Of a stretch of 64,000 nucleotides of DNA, positions 9,491 to 16,730 are shown piece after piece (positions within the stretch are counted from its first letter, which is position 1; each line of letters opens with the position of its first letter). A program made the position numbers and the translations under genes. The DNA comes from a virus (Duplodnaviria > Caudoviricetes). The DNA is taken from the IMG/VR virus record IMGVR_UViG_3300015615_000196, positions 288,001 to 352,000 of that record. One strand, given 5' to 3'. The notes under the pieces were generated by a model. The model saw only the letters and a program-made list of their open reading frames with translations. It was not told the origin of the DNA and made no database searches.

Positions 9491-9709
9491 CTACGTAATA
9501 ATAGCAATTCCTTTTTTAATTTCAAAATTCGAACAGTAGCCTTTCATCACGAATCGTGGTTGGCGTTTGCTGATGTGTCCGTAAGTCGGTACACCACATA
9601 CTACGTTATCAACAATGTGACAGGTCTTGTTGTAGTGTACCGAAATCTTGCAACGTCCTGCGCTTTGGGATGCAGGTTTATTGAAGTGAAAGAAGAATGC
9701 TTTTTTCAT
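9491..9709 (-). CDS. hypothetical protein
   Basis: ATGA coupling; ends in TAG. Confidence 0.7.
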   Translation of the reverse strand: MKKAFFFHFNKPASQSAGRCKISVHYNKTCHIVDNVVCGVPTYGHISKRQPRFVMKGYCSNFEIKKGIAIIT

Positions 9710-10209
9710 ACGAGTGCGAGATCGGCCTTGACCTTTTTCAATTGGTCTTCAAGGTCTTTCTTCTTTGCATTGAGAACTTTTTTCTGAATGGTCTTCTCAT
9801 TGAATTTCTCGGCATGGAGACGACCATTGAGAACTTGCTTTTCAATCTCGTTGAATGCTGAGATCGTAGTGTTCTCTACGTTGGTCTTCTTTTCAATTGC
9901 ATTGTAGTCGTAGAAGTCCCATTCCAATTTGATCGGAATCAAAACTGATCCACGATCAGTCTGATATGGCTTTCCACCGTTGAGCGTAAATGCGTTCAAC
10001 TTGAAGTATGCTTCTTCACCCTTTGCATTCAAACGCTTGAACCATTTCTGTTGCATGACGAATGAGTTCAACGAGTCGTTGACATACTTGATGATGAATT
10101 CAGGTGACTTTCTCAACGATGTGAGAATGACACGTCTTTCTTTATCCAATGCTCCGAGGCGTTGGCAAAGTTTTTCGTATTCTGAACTTTTTGTTGCGCG
10201 AGTTGCCAT
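9706..10209 (-). CDS. hypothetical protein
   Basis: 167 aa ORF downstream of promoter motif. Confidence 0.75.
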   Translation of the reverse strand: MATRATKSSEYEKLCQRLGALDKERRVILTSLRKSPEFIIKYVNDSLNSFVMQQKWFKRLNAKGEEAYFKLNAFTLNGGKPYQTDRGSVLIPIKLEWDFYDYNAIEKKTNVENTTISAFNEIEKQVLNGRLHAEKFNEKTIQKKVLNAKKKDLEDQLKKVKADLALV

Positions 10210-10229
10210 ATTTTTATGCTTTGCTGTAT

Positions 10230-10254
10230 TGTACGTAAAATTACGAAAAAGGTT
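10230..10254 (-). promoter_or_regulatory. phage promoter AACCTT-N13-CGTACA
   Basis: motif match. Confidence 0.7.
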
Positions 10255-10261
10255 GGAAGAA

Positions 10262-10540
10262 AGTAGCAGGAATGTGGCGGCTTATGAACAGTCGCATTGC
10301 TTTTCGTGGCATTTCGGACATCCCGAAGTAATGGGTTAATAGTCCTCATGTTCTCCACTGTGGTTATATCACCACATTCCCCCTTACGTTATCCTTGTCC
10401 CTGTTAAGACAGGTGAGCCATTGCTGGCAAGTTCCCTTATCGGTTTGCTACAGTCCTGTGGTGTGCAAGAGCACGTTTCAGGGCGTGGGATGAAAAATTC
10501 GCCCTACAGTGTCAGTGGATTGTCTACCAATCCTCTACCT
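10262..10540 (-). ncRNA. unclassified multibranched structured RNA(s)
   Basis: stems GGATTG/CAATCC, AGGGCG/CGCCCT, GTGC/GCAC, GTAGCA/TGCTAC, GCCA-GCAA-TGGC, CCTGT/ACAGG, GGAATGTGGTG/CGCCACATTCC; GC-richer than flanks; no credible ORF. Confidence 0.6.
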
Positions 10541-10550
10541 ATTTTTCAAG

Positions 10551-10621
10551 TGGATACTGGATGATTCGAACATCCGTTAACCCCCTCAATGGGGCCGTTC
10601 TAACCGCTAAACTAAGTACCC
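10551..10621 (-). tRNA. atypical tRNA-like gene (non-canonical anticodon loop ATTGAG; possibly Gln-TTG derived)
   Basis: acceptor GGGTACT/AGTATCC, D-arm GTTT-AGCGGTTA-GAAC, T-arm GGATG-TTCGAAT-CATCC; anticodon arm GCCCC-ATTGAG-GGGGT. Confidence 0.7.
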
Positions 10622-10626
10622 GTTTT

Positions 10627-10795
10627 CGGGAAGGTTCGGAGTTCCACACGAACCTCTCCATACCTAATTCTGAATGTCGTGTGCGCTTCACAGCTACTCC
10701 CCTTGGATTAATGGTTTTCGATGGCCAATGGCTCCCCGCACAACGAGTACAAAACTTCAAACGGTATGGCGCATTCATACTATGCTACCTTTCCC
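10627..10795 (-). ncRNA. tRNA-shaped RNA with a 98-nt structured insert in the anticodon loop
   Basis: GGGAAAGG/CCTTCCC acceptor, GCAT/ATGC D-stem, CCATACC/GGTATGG stem enclosing 98 nt, GTTCG/CGAAC T-like arm. Confidence 0.7.
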
Positions 10796-10797
10796 TG

Positions 10798-10865
10798 ACA
10801 CAACTTCACGCACTGCGTAACCAATGCATCATGGCCGATTTACGTCAACCACTTCGAAGTTATGT
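10798..10865 (-). ncRNA. three-way-junction RNA with complementary (kissing) loops
   Basis: P1 ACATAACTTC/GAAGTTGTGT, P2 TGGTTGA/TCGGCCA, P3 ATGCATTG/CAGTGCGT; loops CGTAAA and GTTACG; G-U pairs work only on the minus strand. Confidence 0.65.
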
Positions 10866-10868
10866 TTG

Positions 10869-10980
10869 TGGGAAGGGATGGACTTGAACCACCAACCTCT
10901 CAGCTTTGCGATCTGTAAAGATGCATACCATTGCATTTGATTTCCGCATCACTGAGTTCTCTAACTTGAGATACCTTCCC
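10869..10980 (-). ncRNA. tRNA-shaped RNA with a 48-nt insert in the anticodon loop
   Basis: GGGAAGG/CCTTCCC-A acceptor, TCTC/GAGA D-stem, CTCAG/CTGAG stem, GGTGG-TTCAAGT-CCATC T-arm. Confidence 0.8.
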
Positions 10981-10983
10981 ATT

Positions 10984-11095
10984 TCAGGAGCGTCATGCGG
11001 TCATTGATTGTGTGGAGGCTTTAGCCTAATTTCGATGCATGAACACCTCACCACTAAAACATTTCTGCGTTTCAATCAACAACCCTTTCTCCTGA
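10984..11095 (-). ncRNA. unclassified ~110-nt rod-like RNA with possible pseudoknot
   Basis: TCAGGAG/CTCCTGA, GTTGATTG/CAATCAAT, GTGG/CCAC, AGGCT/AGCCT; TCATGC/GCATGA cross-pairing. Confidence 0.55.
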
Positions 11096-11103
11096 CCTTT
11101 TAT

Positions 11104-11209
11104 ACTGCTAAACATCACCGATGTGTTCATTCCATAACAGATACTGTTGCTCGATCAAAGACTTGGTTTAGTGCCAAAATTGCTCGACAGTACTCGATGT
11201 CTGTACAGT
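11104..11209 (-). ncRNA. unclassified structured RNA
   Basis: ACTG/CAGT, AGACATC/GATGTTT, GTACTGT/ACAGTAT, TTGG/CCAA nested stems. Confidence 0.5.
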
Positions 11210-11220
11210 TGGATTTCTTG

Positions 11221-11292
11221 CGCGGATACCCGGATTCGAACCGAGGTCAAGGGATTTAGAGTCCCCTGTTCTGACCACTAAACTATATCCAC
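11221..11292 (-). tRNA. amber suppressor tRNA (anticodon CTA)
   Basis: GTGGATA/TATCCGC-G acceptor, GGGGA-CT-CTA-AA-TCCCT anticodon arm, CTCGG-TTCGAAT-CCGGG T-arm. Confidence 0.9.
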
Positions 11293-11303
11293 GTATGTTC
11301 CTT

Positions 11304-11329
11304 TATACGAAAAAAGGGGACGCAAGGTT
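11304..11329 (-). promoter_or_regulatory. phage promoter AACCTT-N14-CGTATA driving the ncRNA cassette
   Basis: motif ends 12 nt before the 5' end of the suppressor tRNA. Confidence 0.75.
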
Positions 11330-11335
11330 GTTACC

Positions 11336-11539
11336 TTACTCCCCTTTATTTTCAATTTTTTCTCCGATCTCCGTGATCATGAGCGTCATCAAAATGCCGA
11401 AGCTATACCACGATTGAAGTACAGTTTTGAAGAATACTTCGTTATCAGGTTCAGTCTTCTCGACAATTGAAATTCCTTTCAATGCACCAGCAGTTGCAAA
11501 TACACCTGCGAGATAAATACCAAATAATGTCCACCACAT
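11336..11539 (-). CDS. small membrane protein
   Basis: two hydrophobic segments. Confidence 0.6.
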   Translation of the reverse strand: MWWTLFGIYLAGVFATAGALKGISIVEKTEPDNEVFFKTVLQSWYSFGILMTLMITEIGEKIENKGE

Positions 11540-11563
11540 AGTAATGCAAATAAAGGGAAAATT

Positions 11564-11719
11564 TTAGTCAATAGCAACCTTTTGACGGCAAGCGTTTTTG
11601 TTGGCTTTCTTCTTCTTGTCGGTTGTTACCATCGGTTTAGGCATACGGTTCGTCTCACGGCTAACTCGTTTAGCCATTTTAAGACGATCCATGTTCGTTA
11701 TTTTGTATGTCTTTGCCAT
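11564..11719 (-). CDS. small basic protein (51 aa)
   Basis: MAKTYKIT...DKKKKANKNACRQ; below the ORF-track cutoff. Confidence 0.6.
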   Translation of the reverse strand: MAKTYKITNMDRLKMAKRVSRETNRMPKPMVTTDKKKKANKNACRQKVAID

Positions 11720-11734
11720 TGTGGTAATAAATAC

Positions 11735-12061
11735 TTACTCGGTGAGTGCTTCGTAGCGTTGACGAATGACTGCCGAATCACGTTTGATCAGTAGTTCATT
11801 CTGTACGTATAACCGAAGATAAATTGAGTCGATGATATTTTGTTTCATGCCCTTGCACTTGTACAGGTCAAGAGTTACTGAACTTTTTTCAATGCGAGAG
11901 ATACGAGCCAAATTCATGATTTGGTAGTCCTTGAGAATATCTTTGAGAACCATTTCGTGATTGGCTGCTTTTAAATCACGAACGCTGAGAGCAAGTTGCG
12001 TAGTGCTGGTGGCTAAGGCCACAACGACTAAAAAAATGACGATTTTGAACGAATTTTTCAT
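11735..12061 (-). CDS. hypothetical protein with N-terminal signal/anchor
   Basis: hydrophobic N-terminus; AAC-N16-CGTATA upstream (12069-12093). Confidence 0.65.
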   Translation of the reverse strand: MKNSFKIVIFLVVVALATSTTQLALSVRDLKAANHEMVLKDILKDYQIMNLARISRIEKSSVTLDLYKCKGMKQNIIDSIYLRLYVQNELLIKRDSAVIRQRYEALTE

Positions 12062-12130
12062 TTGAGTATATACGCAAAATTATTTGTTTTGTTGCGCAAA
12101 AGCCCTATTTTTACAGAAATTATTTTTAGC

Positions 12131-12382
12131 ATGGATGCACTAACACAAAAAGCATATCTTGTCGGAGTTCATCGACACTCATATAGAGCGGGAGAAGTTG
12201 CAGAAATCATTGCAGTGAAATGGGCGAAGCCAACAGGACACGATTGGAGACTCGTGTATGAGGTTCAATTTTTTGATGGTGACACCGATCTAATTCCGTA
12301 CCTTGATGTTGAAGGTGGTAACGCAGTAATCATTTCCGATCTGGAATTATCTCAAGGGAAAATTCCAGAAGTTTGTCAGTAA
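12131..12382 (+). CDS. hypothetical protein
   Basis: ORF; HRHSYRAGE segment. Confidence 0.65.
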   Translation: MDALTQKAYLVGVHRHSYRAGEVAEIIAVKWAKPTGHDWRLVYEVQFFDGDTDLIPYLDVEGGNAVIISDLELSQGKIPEVCQ

Positions 12383-13059
12383 AAGAGAAGCACACTGAGA
12401 AGTCGATGCTCAAAGCAGTCCACAATTATTTTTCAGGTGATTATAAGTACTGCTTGAAGAATTCATTTGTGTTCAGACATGATTGGGAGTCGGATTACTT
12501 TTGTGTGAATAGGGAAGGATACGCATACGAGATTGAAGTGAAGATCAGCAAGAAAGACTTCAAACTCGATTTTAAAAAGGAGAAGCATAAACTGTTTGAG
12601 GATTACTCGGCAGTACAGAAGGGAAGGCTCACACCGAACAGATTTTACTATGCTGTTCCAAAAGACCTACTTACTGAGGAAGACATTCCGAAATATGCTG
12701 GTCTGATATATGTGGATGGGTCACACATGAACATAGTGAAACGTGCACCATTCATACACAAGACCAAGCACGATTATCGGAAAATACTTTGTGATAAGTT
12801 CTACTACCAGTTGCTTGCTAAGAGAAAGGAACTGAACATCATAGAGTATGACAAAGAGTCGTTGGAAAAGAAAATTCAGAACTTTTGGATTAATTCTTTT
12901 ACCTTTGAGAAACAATCTTGGGAGATTCTGTCGATTGACTTCAAGAACAAGAAGGTAACAGGAGAATCGATGCCATACTACGATAAGCACAATCACTACA
13001 AATTGGTGAAAGGTGAGGAAGTGAGAGAATTTGATTTTAAGGACGTAAAATTTAAATGA
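12373..13059 (+). CDS. PD-(D/E)XK nuclease-like (MmcB-like) protein
   Basis: ESD...YEIEVKISKKDFKLD, NRFYYAVP, YAGL. Confidence 0.7.
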   Translation: MSVKEKHTEKSMLKAVHNYFSGDYKYCLKNSFVFRHDWESDYFCVNREGYAYEIEVKISKKDFKLDFKKEKHKLFEDYSAVQKGRLTPNRFYYAVPKDLLTEEDIPKYAGLIYVDGSHMNIVKRAPFIHKTKHDYRKILCDKFYYQLLAKRKELNIIEYDKESLEKKIQNFWINSFTFEKQSWEILSIDFKNKKVTGESMPYYDKHNHYKLVKGEEVREFDFKDVKFK

Positions 13060-14384
13060 TGGAAAAAGTAACATTCAAATACGAAGGAGAGGACATTACA
13101 ATTGAGTTGACAGACGAGTTCGCAAGAGCGCACGAATTGCTTGAAACCACTGATGAAAGTTTTTTCATAACTGGAAAGGCAGGAACTGGTAAATCAACTT
13201 TGCTCAAGTACTTTCGTTCTCAAACCAAAAAGAATGTTGCTGTTGTTGCTTTCACTGGTCTCGCTGCAATTAACGTAGACGGACAAACAATCCATTCGTT
13301 CTTTGGATTCCCAATTGGTTTCATTCATCCTAATGCAATCAAGTTCAATGATGAACTTCAATATTTGCTTAGGACATTAGATACCATTGTAGTTGATGAA
13401 GTGTCAATGCTTCGTGCAGACTTGATGGATGCAATGGATAAGTCTCTTCGTATTCATCGTGGTGTTACCAAACCTTTTGGTGGTGCACAAATGATTTTCA
13501 TAGGTGACTTGTACCAATTGCCACCTATTGTAGAGAGAGACTTGACTGACGTATATGGCAAGTACTACAAGACCCCGTATTTTTTCAGTGCAGACGTTTT
13601 CTCGCACATGAGACTCCCGTATATTAATCTTGAAAAAATACATCGTCAGAACGATCCTGAGTTCATCGGTATTCTGAATGCGATTCGTGAAAGAAGGGAT
13701 TTGACTCCGGCACTTAATCGTCTCAATCAAAATGTCTCATACGACTTCAATGATTTGAAGGCCGGAGAAACAGTGGTGCTTTCAACCACGAACGAAAAGG
13801 TTAGAGAAATCAACAATTTCTTTCTTGACAATCTAAACGTTCAAGCGTATTCCTTTGCAGCAAACATCGGTGGTGACTTCGATCCCAAGTCGTATCCCAC
13901 AGAGGAACGTTTGTATTTGAAGGAAGGTGCAAAGGTCATGTTCGTGAAAAACGATCCTGACAAATATTTTGTAAATGGTGACATTGGTATTGTAACAAAA
14001 CTCACTCCATTTTCAATTGAAGTGAAAGTGAAGGGAAGTACGTTGGTCGTGAAGAAACAGAAGTGGGAAAAAATTAAATACAAATACGTTCCTTCTGATC
14101 AAGAAGGTGAACGTGGATCGGTTCAGAAAACCATCGTTGGTTCATTCGAACAGTATCCTCTACGTCTTGCATGGGCGATCACCGTACACAAAAGTCAGGG
14201 TCAGACATACAACAAAGTTTTCATTGACTTGCATACTGGTAGCTTCACTTCTGGTCAAACGTATGTGGCACTTTCACGCTGCAAAACCCTTGACGGCATC
14301 AAATTGCAACGGCCAATTCGGGAGAGCGATGTCATTCTGGATCAGCGCATTACGGAGTTCGCGAGAACCTTCCAGAGTATGTAA
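13056..14384 (+). CDS. PIF1-like SF1B helicase
   Basis: TGKAGTGKS, DEVSM, GDLYQLPP, QYPLRLAWAITVHKSQG, YVALSR. Confidence 0.93.
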   Translation: MMEKVTFKYEGEDITIELTDEFARAHELLETTDESFFITGKAGTGKSTLLKYFRSQTKKNVAVVAFTGLAAINVDGQTIHSFFGFPIGFIHPNAIKFNDELQYLLRTLDTIVVDEVSMLRADLMDAMDKSLRIHRGVTKPFGGAQMIFIGDLYQLPPIVERDLTDVYGKYYKTPYFFSADVFSHMRLPYINLEKIHRQNDPEFIGILNAIRERRDLTPALNRLNQNVSYDFNDLKAGETVVLSTTNEKVREINNFFLDNLNVQAYSFAANIGGDFDPKSYPTEERLYLKEGAKVMFVKNDPDKYFVNGDIGIVTKLTPFSIEVKVKGSTLVVKKQKWEKIKYKYVPSDQEGERGSVQKTIVGSFEQYPLRLAWAITVHKSQGQTYNKVFIDLHTGSFTSGQTYVALSRCKTLDGIKLQRPIRESDVILDQRITEFARTFQSM

Positions 14385-14386
14385 GC

Positions 14387-14411
14387 AACTTTTTTCGATT
14401 TTTTCCGTATA
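14387..14411 (+). promoter_or_regulatory. phage promoter AACTTT-N13-CGTATA
   Basis: motif match. Confidence 0.65.
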
Positions 14412-14503
14412 TTTGGTTCTGTAAACTACACCATTATGGGACGTGTTATTTCTTGGATTCTTTTGGTGATTATTATGATCTGTTTCTTTTTAATGCTAAC
14501 AAA

Positions 14504-14953
14504 ATGAAACACGATTTGAACGATCAACAAGACCCGTTGCAAGCCCTGACTGAATTTTTAAAAAGTCCAGAGGGCAAGGCATCTATTGCTGCCTTTGCAC
14601 AGGAGTTAGTCAACAAAGACAACATCAAAGCATCCCAATTGGCAAGATTCAATGAGAGACTTGAAAAGGGTACTTTGGAATTTGCTTCGGTTGTCGAACG
14701 AGTTTTGGAAAAATACAACTCTGACAAGTACAGAGACCATTGGTATAAGGCAGGTTATGAACCGCCTGAACCGTTGTGTTTCTTTCTCTTTTACTATGCT
14801 GAAAAGTATGGACGTGAGTGTACGAAGAAAGAGTGGAAGAAATTTGCGAATATGTTCACGGGTGACCTGTACTACTACGGAGGTTACTATTTCAATTTGA
14901 TGCACGGACAAGGATCAGTGGTACATATCACACACGAGAACGATGAAAAGTGA
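14504..14953 (+). CDS. hypothetical phage protein
   Basis: ORF ending MHGQGS motif. Confidence 0.7.
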   Translation: MKHDLNDQQDPLQALTEFLKSPEGKASIAAFAQELVNKDNIKASQLARFNERLEKGTLEFASVVERVLEKYNSDKYRDHWYKAGYEPPEPLCFFLFYYAEKYGRECTKKEWKKFANMFTGDLYYYGGYYFNLMHGQGSVVHITHENDEK

Positions 14954-15099
14954 TGGACGGTTTATACGAGATATTGCAATCATACTGGTAATCGGTATTG
15001 GTTATCAATATCCGTTCAATAGCTGGCAGTATAATGTGAGTGTGTTCGTAAGCGGTTGTGTTTTCGTATACACTCTTTATCGAATTTTAATGTGGCTCA

Positions 15100-15732
15100 A
15101 TGCTAAAGGAAATAATTTCAAAGACGAAACTAAAGGACACTGATCTAATTGCGGTCTACCCATACGGTTCAAGAGTATACGGAACTGCAAGAAAGAATTC
15201 GGACTATGATTTTATTGTCGTTACTCCAAAGAAAACCAACGAGCAATATTCAGACAAGTTGATCAACATCAACTTCTACACCCCGGAAGAGCATCAGAAT
15301 CGTTTGAACGAGCATGAAATTTCTGCTCTGGAATGTTACTTCTTACCACAAGAACAAGTTTTGTTCGATTGCTTTCATCCATTGAATAGAACACCACGAG
15401 TAAAGCCATTCACCTTCAAACTTGATTTGAATACACTTCGTCATTCGTTATCGGCAAAGTCATCGAACAGTTGGGTCAAGGCGAAAAAGAAACTTACTGT
15501 CGAGAAAGACTACGACATTGATCTTGGACGAAAGAGTCTTTTCCATTCATTCCGAATCATCGAATACGGAAAACAAATTGCCGTACATGGAACGATTGTA
15601 AACTATTGTTCCTGCAATGATCTCTTCAATGAAATTATGAACTGTTACACTTGGGATCAGATGTTTGATGGTTTCAAGGAACGTTACAATAAGTTGTGCA
15701 CTGAATTTAGAATCTTAGCCCCGAAAGAATGA
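15100..15732 (+). CDS. nucleotidyltransferase (Pol beta superfamily)
   Basis: YGSRVYGT...SDYDFIVV. Confidence 0.8.
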   Translation: MLKEIISKTKLKDTDLIAVYPYGSRVYGTARKNSDYDFIVVTPKKTNEQYSDKLININFYTPEEHQNRLNEHEISALECYFLPQEQVLFDCFHPLNRTPRVKPFTFKLDLNTLRHSLSAKSSNSWVKAKKKLTVEKDYDIDLGRKSLFHSFRIIEYGKQIAVHGTIVNYCSCNDLFNEIMNCYTWDQMFDGFKERYNKLCTEFRILAPKE

Positions 15733-16730
15733 CATCAATTTTAGTAACTGGTGGAGCCGGATTTATCGGTTCAAATTTCATACCGTTCATGCTTAACAAG
15801 TATCCGTCTGAATACAGCATCGTTAATTTGGATGCGTTGACGTATGCGGGTAATCTTGAAAACTTAAAGGAGGTTGAAAAACATCCGCATTACAATTTCG
15901 TTCATGGCGACATACGTGATCGTGCAATGGTGAAAGATATTTTCAGACACTACAGATGTCGTGCAGTGATCCATTTTGCTGCCGAGTCACACGTTGATAA
16001 TTCAATCACAGGGCCGGAGGCTTTCATCACTACAAACGTATTGGGTACGTTTACACTACTCGATGTTGCAAAAGAAATGTGGAAGGATGCGAGAGGATAC
16101 AATCCAAGATTTTTACACATATCAACAGATGAAGTGTATGGTAGCTTGGGTGAGACTGGACTTTTTACCGAGAGAACACCCTACGCACCGAATAGTCCAT
16201 ATTCTGCATCGAAGGCTTCCAGCGATATGATTGTTCGTAGCTATCATCATACCTACGGGCTGGATGTGGTGACGACAAATTGCTCGAACAACTACGGCCC
16301 AAAGCAGCACAAGGAAAAACTAATTCCTACAATCATTCGATCAGCATTGGCAGGAAAAGAAATACCCATCTATGGTGATGGTAAAAACGTAAGAGACTGG
16401 TTGTATGTTGGTGATCATGTAAGAGGAATTAACACTGCCTTCCATCTTGGAAAAGCAGGTGAGACATATAACATTGGTGGGAAGAACGAGAAAACGAACA
16501 ACATGATTGCCAAGCAAATTTGTGATGTGCTTGACCAATACTATCCAAGACCAGACCGTAAGTCCTATTCAGAACAAATCACATACGTGGCAGATCGTGC
16601 AGGACATGACAGACGATACGCAATAGATGCCACCAAGATCACTTCAAAATTGGGATGGGCTGCTGATGTAGATTTCGAAGACGGAATTAAGAAAACCGTC
16701 CAGTGGTACGTCAAACAGCTTATAGGGTAA
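15729..16730 (+). CDS. rfbB: dTDP-glucose 4,6-dehydratase
   Basis: TGGAGFIGS, HFAAESHVD, STDEVYG, YSASKA, NNYGP, GHDRRYAID. Confidence 0.95.
   Translation: MTSILVTGGAGFIGSNFIPFMLNKYPSEYSIVNLDALTYAGNLENLKEVEKHPHYNFVHGDIRDRAMVKDIFRHYRCRAVIHFAAESHVDNSITGPEAFITTNVLGTFTLLDVAKEMWKDARGYNPRFLHISTDEVYGSLGETGLFTERTPYAPNSPYSASKASSDMIVRSYHHTYGLDVVTTNCSNNYGPKQHKEKLIPTIIRSALAGKEIPIYGDGKNVRDWLYVGDHVRGINTAFHLGKAGETYNIGGKNEKTNNMIAKQICDVLDQYYPRPDRKSYSEQITYVADRAGHDRRYAIDATKITSKLGWAADVDFEDGIKKTVQWYVKQLIG

Noticed and set aside
10690-10706. yybP-ykoY riboswitch-like word AAGGGGAGTAGC (minus strand)
   Set aside because: The partner GAGACC element and four-way junction were not found, and it lies inside a tRNA-like insert
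10627-10980. tmRNA interpretation of the insert-bearing tRNAs
   Set aside because: Both have D-stems, lack G3:U70 and are far too short, with no evident tag ORF
11100-11220. Theta (HDV-like) ribozyme downstream of the suppressor tRNA
   Set aside because: I could not build the nested double-pseudoknot P1/P2/P3 pattern starting at the tRNA 3' end
10113-11259. ORF-track entries 10113-10358, 10539-10778, 10561-10887 and 11008-11259
   Set aside because: They overlap tRNA and structured RNA elements, have atypical composition and show no coupling to neighbours; likely spurious
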